DNA from: Candidatus Danuiimicrobium aquiferis
GTDB taxonomy: Bacteria; Omnitrophota; Omnitrophia; Omnitrophales; Danuiimicrobiaceae
Assembly: GCA_001804285.1 (NCBI GenBank)
Contig: MHFR01000037.1
Coordinates: 19,552-83,551, forward strand
Direction: 5' to 3'
Length of the DNA stretch: 64,000 nucleotides
The position numbers were made by a program, and so were the translations under genes. Positions 21,573-32,732 of the stretch are shown piece by piece (the stretch's first letter is position 1; each line of letters opens with the position of its first letter). The notes under the pieces were generated by a model. That model was not told the origin of the DNA, searched no databases, and saw nothing but the letters and a program-made list of their open reading frames with translations.

Positions 21573-22667
21573 ATGACAATCAAAAAGAAAACAGAAACTA
21601 AAGAACAACCAACCAGCAAAGCTTCAATAGAAAAACAAAAAGCACTGGAGCTAACTCTACAGCAAATTGAAAAACAGTTCGGAAAAGGCGCAATCATGAC
21701 GCTCGGCCAAGATGTCAGCAAAGACTGGGAAGCCATTTCAACGGGCGCGCTAAGTCTTGACATTATTACCGGAATCGGCGGCATTCCCCGAGGACGGATA
21801 GTTGAAATTTATGGGCCGGAAGGCAGCGGAAAAACTACGCTGACGCTGAGTGTTCTTTCACAAGTTCAAAAAAAGGGGGGCGTTGCAGCCTTTATTGATG
21901 CAGAACATGCGCTCGACCCCACCTACGCAAAAAAATTAGGCGTTAAGCTTGAAGAAATTCTGATTTCGCAACCGGATTCCGGCGAACAGGCCCTTCAAAT
22001 CGTGGAAATGCTTGTCCGTTCTAATGCGATTGATCTGATTGTCGTCGACTCCGTCGCAGCTCTTACGCCGCGCGCAGAAATCGAGGGAGAGATGGGCGAT
22101 GCACACATGGGATTGCAAGCACGCCTGATGTCACAGGCATTGAGAAAGCTGACGTCCATCGCCAGCCGCTCAAAAACCTGTATCATTTTTATCAACCAGC
22201 TCCGGCAGAAAATCGGAATTGTTTTTGGTAATCCCGAAACCACGCCGGGCGGAACAGCGCTAAAATTTTATTCTTCTATGCGCCTCGACATCCGAAAAAT
22301 AGCTTCCATCAAAAAAGGGGAAGACATTATCGGGAATCGTGTCAAAGTAAAAGTCGTAAAGAATAAATGCGCCGCTCCGTTTAAGACTTGTGAGTTTGAC
22401 ATTATGTTTGACGAAGGAATTTCGCGTTCATCAAGCATCCTCGATATGGCGCTGCAATATGAAATTCTGGAAAAGTCGGGGACGTGGATTACCTACGGGC
22501 CTGAAAAACTCGGTCAAGGGCGTGAAGCCGTCCGCTATTTCTTAAAAGAAAACCCCAACTTACTTGATGAAATTGAAGCCAAAGTCAAAGAACGGCTGGT
22601 GACGGATTTGGCGGCCGGAATTGATATCACCAGACGCCCGGAAGTTGAAGCCGAAAGTAAGAAATAA
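21573..22667 (+). CDS. recA: Recombinase RecA
   Basis: [31 protein letters not shown]. Confidence 0.98.
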   Translation: MTIKKKTETKEQPTSKASIEKQKALELTLQQIEKQFGKGAIMTLGQDVSKDWEAISTGALSLDIITGIGGIPRGRIVEIYGPEGSGKTTLTLSVLSQVQKKGGVAAFIDAEHALDPTYAKKLGVKLEEILISQPDSGEQALQIVEMLVRSNAIDLIVVDSVAALTPRAEIEGEMGDAHMGLQARLMSQALRKLTSIASRSKTCIIFINQLRQKIGIVFGNPETTPGGTALKFYSSMRLDIRKIASIKKGEDIIGNRVKVKVVKNKCAAPFKTCEFDIMFDEGISRSSSILDMALQYEILEKSGTWITYGPEKLGQGREAVRYFLKENPNLLDEIEAKVKERLVTDLAAGIDITRRPEVEAESKK

Positions 22668-22754
22668 TTTACCAAACGGTGGTCACAAACAAAAATACGG
22701 TGGGTAAAATATTTATCCGCCGTTTTTTTATCAACCCTCAAAGGCCGGATATCC

Positions 22755-23258
22755 ATGGAAGCCCCTACGACACCGGATTCAAAGTTGAAGCAAGGATATA
22801 TCTATGCAGTCCGTCTTATGGCAATGTCGAATCGGAGCAGGAACGACATCGTTCGGCATATGCAGAAGAAAGGTTATGACGATACGATCATTGCCAACGT
22901 CATTGATCGACTTGAACGCGAAGGCTTTTTAAATGAAAAGAAAACATTAACACAGGCTGTTCAATACGCCATCCAGGGAAAACGGCAAGGCCGGATCCGG
23001 ATGAAATTTGAGTTGAAGCGGAAAGGCTATAAAACAAATTTAATTGACGAAGCATTAAGCGCCTACTCTCGCGAGACAGAGCTCGACTTGGCCCGTTCGC
23101 TTGCGATAGAGCAAATCCATCGGCATCCGAATCTTGACCCCGTCAAAAAAAAGAAACGCCTTTACGATTTTTTGATTCGAAAAGGATTTGATTTTAATTT
23201 ATGCCGTGACATTGTCACAGAGGCCATGAAAACTTCTTCCGGAGAATCCAAAGAATAA
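22755..23258 (+). CDS. recX: Regulatory protein RecX
   Basis: RS..(E/D)I...KGY, ELKRKG, L.RKGF; between recA and alaS. Confidence 0.85.
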   Translation: MEAPTTPDSKLKQGYIYAVRLMAMSNRSRNDIVRHMQKKGYDDTIIANVIDRLEREGFLNEKKTLTQAVQYAIQGKRQGRIRMKFELKRKGYKTNLIDEALSAYSRETELDLARSLAIEQIHRHPNLDPVKKKKRLYDFLIRKGFDFNLCRDIVTEAMKTSSGESKE

Positions 23259-23273
23259 GATTTTGGGAAAGAA

Positions 23274-25868
23274 ATGAAAACTGCCGAAATACGAAAAAGC
23301 TACTTAGATTTTTTTAAAAGCAAGGGCCATTCGGTCATTAAGAGTGATTCGCTCATTCCTCAGAGCGATCCGACGCTCTTGTTTACGGGTGCCGGGATGA
23401 ATCAATTTAAAGAATATTTTCTCGGCATCAAAACGGACCTCAAGCGGGCCACCTCATCGCAAAAGTGCTTGCGCACGGGCGATTTGGATGAAGTCGGCAA
23501 AACGCCTTACCACCATTCTTTTTTTGAAATGCTCGGCAATTTCTCCTTCGGTGATTACTTCAAAGAAGAGGCCATCGCGTGGGCATGGGAATATCTGACA
23601 AAAACATTGAAGATTCCGGCTGAACGGCTTTTTATCAGCGTTCACCGGAACGATCAGGAAGCATTTGATATTTGGTCAAAAAAAATCGGAATTAAAAAGG
23701 AACTCATCGCAAGAATGGGCGATCATTCTAATTTCTGGCCTGCTGATGCACCGGAATCCGGACCGAACGGTCCCTGTGGCCCGTGTTCAGAAATCTATTA
23801 CGAACAAAATGCTGAATGGTTTCCGAATTGTGACCGTTCAAAGTTTTGGATCGAAGACGAATCTCGCCGGTATGCGGAAATTTGGAACTTGGTTTTTACG
23901 CAATATGACCGCCAAAGCGACGGTTCTCTCATTCCGCTCAAGAATAAAAACATCGATACCGGAATGGGGCTCGAGCGTCTTGCCTGTGTCATTCAGGGGA
24001 AAAAGACCAATTTTGAAACCGATATATTCGAGCCGATCTTAACAGCGTTAAAAAACTGTTTCAGGGGAACCCTTCCCGCCCCGATCACTCGTTTATATGC
24101 GGTCGCTGACCATGCGCGCGCGGCCGTTGTCTCAATTTCAGACGGAGCGTATCCTTCAAACGAAGGGCGCGGCTACGTCATTCGCAAACTCATCCGGCGT
24201 GCTGTGTGGCAAGCAAAAATGGCCGGCATGAAAGATTCGTTCATGGCGAAAATTGTCCCGGACATTATCAGTTCGCTTCGGGATGCCTATCCGGAGCTCG
24301 ATCAGTCACGTCAAAGTGTTGAAAAAGTCATCGCAAACGAAGAAGAACGCTTCATTGAAACGTTGGACAAAGGACTTATCGTCTTATCCCGGAAAATCGA
24401 GGATGCTAAAACAAAGAAAAATAAATCCTTGTCGGGCGAAAACGTATTTCTTCTTTATGATACTTACGGTTTCCCCGAGGAATTAACACGCGTGATTGCG
24501 GATGAACAGGGAGTTGCCATCGAAAAAGGAACCTTTAACCGCCTTCTTGATGAACAACGCGCGCGCGCAAAGGAATCAAGTAAAATTGCTGATTCGATTT
24601 TCGTTATTTCCGACGAAGACCTGGAATCGAGATCTATCCCTAAAACAACCTTTTTAGGTTATGAAAAATTGGCGGCCGAAGCCAAAGTCATTTATTTTAA
24701 GAGCACGGAAGAAACCGGCGCGATTATCCTCGATCAGACCCCGTTCTATCCCGAGGGCGGTGGACAAGTCGGAGCTCGCGGGAAAATTTACTCTGACAAA
24801 TTCGAATTTGATGTCCGCGAAACACAGTCAAAAGGACAAGTCATTTATCATTACGGGAAAATGATTAAAGGCATCGCCAAAATAGGCGCGGCATGCAAAG
24901 CCGAGGTAAATCTTGATCTTCGAAACGCAACGAAGAGAAATCATACCGCGACCCATCTTCTTCAATCGGCTTTGAGGAAAGTTTTAGGGACGCATGTCCG
25001 CCAGGTTGGTTCCTATGTCGGTTTCGAAAAACTCCGTTTCGATTTTACTCACGGGGCGGCATTACTTCCGGAAACCGTAAAACAAATAGAAGAAGAAGTG
25101 AACTTGAGCATCTTGCAAAATCGGGAAGTTGAAATCGAAACAATAAGCTATGATCAAGCGATTCAAAAAGGCGCTTTGGCCTTTTTCGGAGAAAAATACG
25201 GGAAAGATGTCCGCCTTGTTAGCGTCCCGGAAGTGAGCCGGGAACTTTGCGGAGGAACCCATTGCGAGCGAACGGGCGATATCGGCGGATTCTCCATCAT
25301 CTCTGAAACTTCGATTAGCAGTGGCACTCGCCGAATTGAGGCAATAACAGGACTCAATACGATTCAGTATGTCAATGACCTTCGCGATCTGTTAGCGAAA
25401 TTATCGTCCATTTTAAAAGTCGGAATCGACGACATCCCTGAAAGAATCGAAAAACTTCAGAAACGAATTAAAGAACTGGAAAAGGGAATCCTTCAAAAGT
25501 CACAGGATCATGTCGATCTTGACGCCCTAATAAGCCATGCTCAAAAATGTGGAAATGTGGCGGTCATTTCGGCTATGATGGAGGGCAAAGACTTATCGGT
25601 TTTACGGCAAATTGCAGATAAGCTTAGAAGTAAAACAAAAGAAACAATTTTGGTTCTCTTTGGGACGACAGACGAAACAGTCAGCATGGTCGTCGCCTTG
25701 ACAAAAGATTTAAACAATTCACAATTTGACGCCCGCAAAATTGCCGCACAATTAACACCGCTCATTGATGGAAGTGCGGGCGGCAGAAAAGATTGGACAC
25801 AGGGCGGAGGAAAATCACTTTCGGGAATCCAGAAAGCTCTCGAGATATTACCGACAATTATCAACTGA
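23274..25868 (+). CDS. alaS: Alanine-tRNA ligase
   Basis: AGMNQFK, FFEMLGNFSFGDYFK, DTGMGLER, HTATH and ELCGGTH editing motifs. Confidence 0.98.
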   Translation: MKTAEIRKSYLDFFKSKGHSVIKSDSLIPQSDPTLLFTGAGMNQFKEYFLGIKTDLKRATSSQKCLRTGDLDEVGKTPYHHSFFEMLGNFSFGDYFKEEAIAWAWEYLTKTLKIPAERLFISVHRNDQEAFDIWSKKIGIKKELIARMGDHSNFWPADAPESGPNGPCGPCSEIYYEQNAEWFPNCDRSKFWIEDESRRYAEIWNLVFTQYDRQSDGSLIPLKNKNIDTGMGLERLACVIQGKKTNFETDIFEPILTALKNCFRGTLPAPITRLYAVADHARAAVVSISDGAYPSNEGRGYVIRKLIRRAVWQAKMAGMKDSFMAKIVPDIISSLRDAYPELDQSRQSVEKVIANEEERFIETLDKGLIVLSRKIEDAKTKKNKSLSGENVFLLYDTYGFPEELTRVIADEQGVAIEKGTFNRLLDEQRARAKESSKIADSIFVISDEDLESRSIPKTTFLGYEKLAAEAKVIYFKSTEETGAIILDQTPFYPEGGGQVGARGKIYSDKFEFDVRETQSKGQVIYHYGKMIKGIAKIGAACKAEVNLDLRNATKRNHTATHLLQSALRKVLGTHVRQVGSYVGFEKLRFDFTHGAALLPETVKQIEEEVNLSILQNREVEIETISYDQAIQKGALAFFGEKYGKDVRLVSVPEVSRELCGGTHCERTGDIGGFSIISETSISSGTRRIEAITGLNTIQYVNDLRDLLAKLSSILKVGIDDIPERIEKLQKRIKELEKGILQKSQDHVDLDALISHAQKCGNVAVISAMMEGKDLSVLRQIADKLRSKTKETILVLFGTTDETVSMVVALTKDLNNSQFDARKIAAQLTPLIDGSAGGRKDWTQGGGKSLSGIQKALEILPTIIN

Positions 25869-25878
25869 CAGAAAAAAT

Positions 25879-27156
25879 ATGCAGATATTCAATTGGGAAA
25901 AGCAAACGCTTAAAAAAATCAACCGTCCGATCGGCTATGAAGCTGACAAGGAATTAATCAAAAAAGTCAGCCGGATCGTTTTCGAAGTAAAAGCAAAGGG
26001 TGATTCCGCGCTGCTTAAATTTACCCGCCAATTCGACGGACTATTAATGCCGGCAAAGCGAATCGCAGTCAAAGAAAGCGATATTAATCGGGCATATGAG
26101 AAAATCAATTTCGCGTTTGTCCCGCTTCTAAAACAAGTTCGTGACAACGTGACCGCTTATTACGAAGCCGAACTACGGCCCTCTTTTACCATCAAGGGAA
26201 ACGACGGCATCCTCCTTGGAAAAGAATACCGTCCCATCGAACGCGTCGGAGTTTACATTCCGGGCGGAACCGCACCGCTTGTTTCGACAGTTTATATGAC
26301 GTTAATTCCTGCAAAAGTTGCCGGCGTTAAAGAAATTGCGATTGCAACACCGCCAAACCGAGACACGGGCGAAATCGATCCGCACATCCTGGTCGTGGCA
26401 GATTTGCTCGGCGTAAAAGAAATTTATCGGGTTGGCGGAGCACAGGCAATTGCAGCCCTGGCATTCGGAACAAAAACCATTCGAAAAGTTGATAAAATTG
26501 TTGGCCCCGGAAATCAATATGTTGCCGAAGCAAAGCGGCAAGTTTATGGATTTGTGGATATCGACATGGTCGCGGGCCCCAGCGAAGTTGCTATCCTCGC
26601 CGACCAGGATGCCGATCCAAATTATGTGACTTGCGATCTGCTGGCACAGGCGGAACACTTTGGCGGAATTTCTTATCTTGTCACCACCTCGAAAAAACTG
26701 GCAGAAACGATTAAAGGCCGCGTTGAACAAGGTTATATTATTCTTGTCAAAAATTTAAAAGAAGGGTTTGATGTCGTTAATGAAATCGCACCGGAACACC
26801 TTGAAATTATGACGGAAAATCCGGAAGATTGCCTCAAGTACATCAATCATGCCGGTGCTATCTTTTTAGGCCCCTATTCACCCGCAGTCATTGGCGATTA
26901 TGTTGCCGGGCCAAGCCACGTTCTCCCGACAAGCGGAACAGCTCGGTATTATTCGCCGCTCAGCGCCGCATCATTTATCAAGGGCTCTCAAATCATCCGT
27001 TACACAAAAGAAGCACTGGCAAAAGTCAGGGAGCCGGTTCGGAAGCTTACGGAAATCGAGGGATTGATTCTTCACCGGATATCTCTCGAATCAAGGTTTG
27101 TGGACGAATTAACAAATTCAAAAGCAGAAAAAGAAAAGGAAAAAACGAATGCCTAA
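25879..27156 (+). CDS. hisD: Histidinol dehydrogenase
   Basis: GVYIPGG, KIVGPGN, AGPSE, QAEH, APEHL; ATG 25879 avoids overlap with alaS. Confidence 0.95.
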   Translation: MQIFNWEKQTLKKINRPIGYEADKELIKKVSRIVFEVKAKGDSALLKFTRQFDGLLMPAKRIAVKESDINRAYEKINFAFVPLLKQVRDNVTAYYEAELRPSFTIKGNDGILLGKEYRPIERVGVYIPGGTAPLVSTVYMTLIPAKVAGVKEIAIATPPNRDTGEIDPHILVVADLLGVKEIYRVGGAQAIAALAFGTKTIRKVDKIVGPGNQYVAEAKRQVYGFVDIDMVAGPSEVAILADQDADPNYVTCDLLAQAEHFGGISYLVTTSKKLAETIKGRVEQGYIILVKNLKEGFDVVNEIAPEHLEIMTENPEDCLKYINHAGAIFLGPYSPAVIGDYVAGPSHVLPTSGTARYYSPLSAASFIKGSQIIRYTKEALAKVREPVRKLTEIEGLILHRISLESRFVDELTNSKAEKEKEKTNA

Positions 27157-27745
27157 GCGCAGGTCAAAGATTCTTAGGGAAACCAAAGAAACGAAAATTA
27201 AAATTGTTTTAAATATAGACGGCTGCGGGAAATCAAAAATTTCGACCGGAATCCCGTTTCTCGATCACATGCTGACGAGTCTGGCCAAGCACGGTTTGCT
27301 GGATCTTCAAGTCAAAGCCAAAGGGGACTTGGCGGTTGATATTCATCACACCAATGAAGATATCGGAATTTCCTTAGGGAAAGCTTTCGCGAAAGCATTA
27401 GACAAAAAAACCGGCATTCAACGTTTCGGCTTTTCATCGGTTCCAATGGACGATACGCTTGTTCGTATAACGCTCGATTTTTCAGGACGGCCGGCATTTA
27501 ACGTCATTCAAAATAAAGGTGTTAAATTTACACGAATGGAAACATATTCCTTCCACGACGCGACCGAATTTCTGCGGGCATTTTCACAAAATTCGGAAAT
27601 TAACCTTTTCGTCGAAATTGTCAGCGGCCAAGACACGCATCACATTATTGAAGCGACCTTTAAAGCACTCGCAAAAGCTCTGGAAATGGCCACTCGCCGC
27701 AATCCGCGCATCAAAGGCGTGCCCTCCACCAAGGGAACATTATAG
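27149..27745 (+). CDS. hisB: Imidazoleglycerol-phosphate dehydratase (monofunctional)
   Basis: RETKET, DHML, HHTNED, HHIIEA, PSTKG. Confidence 0.96.
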   Translation: MPKRRSKILRETKETKIKIVLNIDGCGKSKISTGIPFLDHMLTSLAKHGLLDLQVKAKGDLAVDIHHTNEDIGISLGKAFAKALDKKTGIQRFGFSSVPMDDTLVRITLDFSGRPAFNVIQNKGVKFTRMETYSFHDATEFLRAFSQNSEINLFVEIVSGQDTHHIIEATFKALAKALEMATRRNPRIKGVPSTKGTL

Positions 27746-27752
27746 TCATGCC

Positions 27753-28376
27753 ATGGTAAAAAATCTTATCGGAATCATCGATTATGGCATGGGGAATCTG
27801 AGAAGCGTCAGCAAAGCTTTTGAAGCGCTCGGCGGAAGTGTCTATGTCGGGAGCAATCCTGAAAAATTATCAAGATCAAATAAATTGGTTCTTCCGGGTG
27901 TCGGCGCATTCGGCGATGCCATGAGTGAACTTAAAAAAAGAAAACTCATTTTAACGATTCGTAATTTCATTAATGACGGAAAGCCTTTTTTCGGAATTTG
28001 TTTGGGCCTACAACTTTTGTTTGAAGGGAGCGATGAGAACAAAGGAATCCCCGGGCTCGGAATTTTCAAAGGAACCGTAAAACGGTTTCCCAAAGACCAA
28101 ACAAATGAATTGAAAATCCCGCACATGGGTTGGAATCAAGTGAATATTAAAATGAAATCGCCGATCCTGAAAAAAATTCTGAAAAATAGTCATTTTTATT
28201 TCGTCCATTCCTATTATGGAAAACCGAAACGGACGGAAATCATCGCCGGAGAGACCGATTACGGAATTACATTTCCGGCCATATTATCACAAGCAAATAT
28301 TTTTGCAGCCCAGTTTCATCCCGAAAAAAGCCAAAAAATGGGACTGCAAATTCTAAAAAACTTTATTGAGATCTGA
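27753..28376 (+). CDS. hisH: IGP synthase glutaminase subunit
   Basis: IDYGMGNL, PGVG, GICLG, QFHPEKS; ATG 27753. Confidence 0.95.
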   Translation: MVKNLIGIIDYGMGNLRSVSKAFEALGGSVYVGSNPEKLSRSNKLVLPGVGAFGDAMSELKKRKLILTIRNFINDGKPFFGICLGLQLLFEGSDENKGIPGLGIFKGTVKRFPKDQTNELKIPHMGWNQVNIKMKSPILKKILKNSHFYFVHSYYGKPKRTEIIAGETDYGITFPAILSQANIFAAQFHPEKSQKMGLQILKNFIEI

Positions 28377-28377
28377 C

Positions 28378-29109
28378 ATGTTAATCATTCCGGCAATCGA
28401 CTTAAAGGGTGGTTGCGTCGTTCGTTTAACACAGGGAAAACGCGATCAACAGGTGGTTTATTCTCACACCCCCGAAACAGTTGCGCTTCTCTGGCAGCGC
28501 GCTGGCGCAAAAATGATTCATATTGTTGATCTGGACGGAGCGTTTGAAGGCCATCGCCAAAATTTAGGAAGTTTAAAAAATATTATGACTGTCGTCAATG
28601 CTTCAATCCAATTCGGCGGAGGATTGCGGACATTTGACGATGTTAGAGAAATCTTGGAATCCGGCGTCTCCCGGGCTGTCCTTGGCACCAAAGCCACCGA
28701 TATTGATTTTCTGAAAAACCTTCTCAAAACTTTTGCCGAACGGATTGCGGTGGGCGTTGACGTAAAAGATAAAATCATCCAAACTCACGGATGGGTGAGC
28801 GGGGATGCGAAATACGAATTGCTGCCTTTTTGCAAGCAACTTCAAGACATGGGCGTCAAAACGATTATTTATACCGATATTCACCGTGATGGAATGCTGA
28901 TGGGTCCGAACATAAAAGGATTGGAACAACTTCTAAATGACACCAGCATGGATATCATTTTGTCCGGAGGCATATCGAACCTGTATGATTTAAAACAGCT
29001 TTCAAAAATTAAAACCGAAAAATTCAAAGGCGTCATCATCGGGAAAGCACTTTACGAACAAAAAATTGATCTGAAAGAGGCAATCGAGACCTATCAAAAT
29101 TCTAACTAA
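28378..29109 (+). CDS. hisA: ProFAR isomerase
   Basis: IIPAIDLKGG.VVRL.QG, VDLDGA, GGGLR, TDI.RDG. Confidence 0.95.
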   Translation: MLIIPAIDLKGGCVVRLTQGKRDQQVVYSHTPETVALLWQRAGAKMIHIVDLDGAFEGHRQNLGSLKNIMTVVNASIQFGGGLRTFDDVREILESGVSRAVLGTKATDIDFLKNLLKTFAERIAVGVDVKDKIIQTHGWVSGDAKYELLPFCKQLQDMGVKTIIYTDIHRDGMLMGPNIKGLEQLLNDTSMDIILSGGISNLYDLKQLSKIKTEKFKGVIIGKALYEQKIDLKEAIETYQNSN

Positions 29110-29119
29110 AGGTGACTTT

Positions 29120-29533
29120 ATGTTCCAAGAAATCCAGCAATCTATCGGGGACGGGCGAAACTGGTCGTGGGCATTGATCGCAATTGTATCAATTCTTGTC
29201 GGCCTTACTTTTCGCCAGCTTGTCCTTGGCGATTTGTTACGCAAGTTAAAAAATAAAAATAAAACGTGGTACAAAAAAACTCAACAGCGATACGAGTCAC
29301 TATCCCTCATCGGTTGGGGCTTGTTTGTGATATCCATTTTTGGCTTTATCATGATCTGGCATAATGAATCGTTATTCACACGTTACTTGAATTTAAGCTA
29401 TTGGTTGATTGTATTTTCCGGCTTAATCGTTGTGTCTTACATCTTTCATTTGCGGGCCTATATGCAAGCCATGGTGGATTCGATACAGGAAAATATTATG
29501 ACTGAGAAAGAATTAACGCCCCATGCTGACTAA
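29120..29533 (+). CDS. Hypothetical membrane protein (about 3 TM) inside his operon
   Basis: AAGGTG SD, three hydrophobic segments, overlaps hisF start. Confidence 0.75.
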   Translation: MFQEIQQSIGDGRNWSWALIAIVSILVGLTFRQLVLGDLLRKLKNKNKTWYKKTQQRYESLSLIGWGLFVISIFGFIMIWHNESLFTRYLNLSYWLIVFSGLIVVSYIFHLRAYMQAMVDSIQENIMTEKELTPHAD

Positions 29534-30281
29534 GCGGATTATCCCTTGTTTGGATGTCAATCGCGGGCGCGTTGTCAAAGGAGTTAACTTTGTCAATCTG
29601 CAAGATGCGGGCGACCCCGTCGCATGTGCAAAAGCTTATGATAATTCTGCGGCAGATGAATTGATTTTTTTAGATATTACAGCGTCGCACGAATCAAGAC
29701 CAATCACATTGCAGATGGTCGAAAAAGTGGCCGAAACCATATATATACCGTTCACCGTCGGCGGGGGAATTCGATCTTTGGAAGATATCCGTCAATTGCT
29801 AAAAGCGGGGTGTGATAAAGTTTCACTCAACACGAGCGTCGTCGAAAATCCGATTCTGGTTGCGGAAGCAAGTACACGGTTCGGTTCTCAATGTATTGTT
29901 GTCGCAATCGATGCCAAAAAAACCGGCAAAAATAAATGGAGCGTTTATACCCATGGCGGACGCAAAGAAACACCTCTTGATGTAATCGAATGGGCTCAAA
30001 AATGCGTAAAACTCGGGGCCGGCGAAATTTTACTAACCAGCATGGATCGCGATGGAACCAAGATGGGTTACGATCTTGAATTGACAAAACGCGTTTCAGA
30101 GGCCGTTTCAATTCCGGTGATCGCTTCCGGCGGCGCAGGTTCTCTGCGGGATTTTTATGACGGATTCGTGAGCGGAAAAGCTAGCGCAGTTCTTGCAGCC
30201 TCCTTATTTCATTTTGGAGAATTAACAATACAACAAGTTAAACAATATTTGAAACGAAAAGGTTTACCAATCCGCATCTAA
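29523..30281 (+). CDS. hisF: IGP synthase cyclase subunit
   Basis: [29 protein letters not shown]. Confidence 0.97.
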   Translation: MLTKRIIPCLDVNRGRVVKGVNFVNLQDAGDPVACAKAYDNSAADELIFLDITASHESRPITLQMVEKVAETIYIPFTVGGGIRSLEDIRQLLKAGCDKVSLNTSVVENPILVAEASTRFGSQCIVVAIDAKKTGKNKWSVYTHGGRKETPLDVIEWAQKCVKLGAGEILLTSMDRDGTKMGYDLELTKRVSEAVSIPVIASGGAGSLRDFYDGFVSGKASAVLAASLFHFGELTIQQVKQYLKRKGLPIRI

Positions 30282-30296
30282 ACACAAGAGGTTTAA

Positions 30297-30677
30297 ATGA
30301 TTAATTTTAAATTTGATGAACAGGGGTTAATGCCGGCAATCGTTCAGGATATCAAAACCAAAGAAGTCTTGATGGTCGCATATGTCAATGAAGAGTCTCT
30401 TAAAAAAATGCTGAAAATTAAAAAAACATGTTTTTATTCAAGATCTCGAAAAAAATTCTGGGTGAAAGGCGAAGAATCCGGTCACATTCAAATCGTTAAA
30501 AAAGTATTCACGGATTGCGATCGGGACACACTCCTCATTCAAGTTGCTCAAAAAGGCGGCGCATGTCATCTGGGTTATAAAAGTTGTTTTGTGTTTCCCG
30601 TCAACGAAAAGGGAAATATGAAACCGGTTACGGCAAAACAATTATTTGATCCTAACAAGGTTTATAAGAAAAAATGA
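30297..30677 (+). CDS. hisI: Phosphoribosyl-AMP cyclohydrolase (no fused HisE)
   Basis: YSRSR, KGEESG, DCD.D, ACH.G..SCF. Confidence 0.94.
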   Translation: MINFKFDEQGLMPAIVQDIKTKEVLMVAYVNEESLKKMLKIKKTCFYSRSRKKFWVKGEESGHIQIVKKVFTDCDRDTLLIQVAQKGGACHLGYKSCFVFPVNEKGNMKPVTAKQLFDPNKVYKKK

Positions 30678-32155
30678 AGATTACTCCTTCTTATCCGGAA
30701 TTTTTAAAACTTTGCAAAAAAGGAAACACCATTCCGGTTTCGTTCGAATTTCCGGCAGACCTTGAAACGCCGGTCTCCGTTTTTCTAAAAATTGCGTCAA
30801 AAAAAGAAAATGCGTTTCTTCTCGAATCCGTTGAGCTCGGGGAAAGATTAGGGCGTTTTTCATTCATTGGCACTGATCCTGACGCAATCCTCGAATATTC
30901 ACGCGGTTCATGTCACCTGATTAAAAAGGGGCGGCGGAAAACATTCAAAGACCAAAAAGATCCGCTGCACATCATCGAACGAATTATGGAATGTTACCGC
31001 TATGTTCCGGATCAAACACTTCCCAAATTTACGGGTGGATTTGTCGGCTATATCGGATATGAATTAGTCAGCCAGTTTGAAGACATTAAATTAAAAACGA
31101 AACCCGGTTTAAACTTTCCGGATGCGGTCTTGTTTTTCGCACGCAACCTGATTGCTTTTGATCACATCAAACATCATTTAAAAATTATTCACCTCGCCCA
31201 TGTCGATCGCAAACCCGAAAGAATTTATCAAAATGCAATCATGCAACTGAAAAAAATTGAATCGCAACTAAAGCGTCCGCTTCCGCTGAAATCAGGCCTT
31301 TTAAATGTCGAACAAAGCGGCTCGAACACCACCTTCCGATCAAACATAACCCGAAGGCAATTCGAGGGAATGGTTAAAAAAGCGAAGGAATATATCCGCG
31401 CAGGAGACATTATCCAGACTGTCTTGTCACAACGATTCGATTTGGGGCTCGTCAACAACGAATTCGAAGTTTATCGGAGACTCCGATCTTTAAATCCGTC
31501 TCCCTATATGTTCTACTTCAAATATGGCAAGAAAACCCTCGTTGGATCGTCACCAGAAGTTTTAACCCGGAAAACAAAAAACATAGCGGAAGTAAAACCG
31601 ATTGCGGGAACACGTCCGAGGGGTGATACGGAAAAAGAAGATCTGGCATATGAAAATGCGCTCCGTTCATCGCCCAAAGAGCTGGCCGAACATTTGATGT
31701 TAGTCGATTTAGGCCGCAACGATTTAGGCCGGGTTTCGGAGCGAAGCAGCGTCCATGTCAAACAATTCGGACGAGTTGAGCGATATTCTCACGTCATGCA
31801 TTTGGTAAGCGACGTTGTTTCTAAATTAAAAACAGGAAAGACGGCATTTGATCTATTACGAGCAACGTTTCCCGCCGGAACCGTTTCAGGTGCGCCGAAA
31901 ATCAGGGCCATGCAAATCATTAACGAATTGGAACCCGAAAAACGCGGACCGTATGCGGGCTCACTCGGTTATTTCAGTTTAAACGGCGATATGGATATGT
32001 GCATTATCCTCAGAACCATCTTCATTGATCACGGAAGGGCCTATGTGCAAGCGGGTGCCGGCATTGTCTATGATTCGAAACCGAAAAACGAATATCAAGA
32101 AACAATTAACAAAGCAAAAGCATTGTTTTTAGCAGTCAAAAAAAGCAAAACGTGA
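30674..32155 (+). CDS. trpE: Anthranilate synthase component I
   Basis: [39 protein letters not shown]. Confidence 0.95.
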   Translation: MKITPSYPEFLKLCKKGNTIPVSFEFPADLETPVSVFLKIASKKENAFLLESVELGERLGRFSFIGTDPDAILEYSRGSCHLIKKGRRKTFKDQKDPLHIIERIMECYRYVPDQTLPKFTGGFVGYIGYELVSQFEDIKLKTKPGLNFPDAVLFFARNLIAFDHIKHHLKIIHLAHVDRKPERIYQNAIMQLKKIESQLKRPLPLKSGLLNVEQSGSNTTFRSNITRRQFEGMVKKAKEYIRAGDIIQTVLSQRFDLGLVNNEFEVYRRLRSLNPSPYMFYFKYGKKTLVGSSPEVLTRKTKNIAEVKPIAGTRPRGDTEKEDLAYENALRSSPKELAEHLMLVDLGRNDLGRVSERSSVHVKQFGRVERYSHVMHLVSDVVSKLKTGKTAFDLLRATFPAGTVSGAPKIRAMQIINELEPEKRGPYAGSLGYFSLNGDMDMCIILRTIFIDHGRAYVQAGAGIVYDSKPKNEYQETINKAKALFLAVKKSKT

Positions 32156-32162
32156 GTCCGCC

Positions 32163-32729
32163 ATGATTTTAATGATCGACAATTATGATTCATTCACTTA
32201 TAACCTGGTCCAATATTTATATGAGCTTGGCACGGACGTTAAAGTGTATCGCAATGATAAAATTTCCGTTTCCAAAATCAAGAAAATGAAACCGGAAGGA
32301 CTCGTTATTTCTCCGGGCCCATGCACACCTCGGGAAGCCGGAATTTCAAATGAGGCCATTCAGGCTTTTAGCGGAAAGATTCCCATTCTGGGCGTTTGCC
32401 TCGGACATCAGTGCATCGGACACGTTTTTGGCGGGAGAGTCATTCGCGCAAAAAAAATTATGCATGGGAAAACTTCGAAAATTTATCATGACCATTCCCA
32501 TCTTTTCAAAAAAATCGAAAATCCGTTCACCGCAACACGCTATCACTCACTGCTGGTTGAACGAAAAACACTCCCGTCACTGCTTAAAATTACGGCATGG
32601 ACAAAAGAGCAGGAAATCATGGGGCTTAAACACAGCCACCATCCCACGTTCGGCGTTCAGTTTCATCCGGAATCAATCCTAACAAATTGCGGAAAAAAAA
32701 TATTATCCAATTTTCTCGAGTTGCTGTAA
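32163..32729 (+). CDS. trpG: Anthranilate synthase component II
   Basis: [28 protein letters not shown]. Confidence 0.93.
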   Translation: MILMIDNYDSFTYNLVQYLYELGTDVKVYRNDKISVSKIKKMKPEGLVISPGPCTPREAGISNEAIQAFSGKIPILGVCLGHQCIGHVFGGRVIRAKKIMHGKTSKIYHDHSHLFKKIENPFTATRYHSLLVERKTLPSLLKITAWTKEQEIMGLKHSHHPTFGVQFHPESILTNCGKKILSNFLELL

Positions 32730-32732
32730 AAA

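Noticed and set aside
22679-22879. Small ORF between recA and recX, and other short antisense ORFs in the track
   Set aside because: They overlap well-supported genes in other frames and have no motifs or SD
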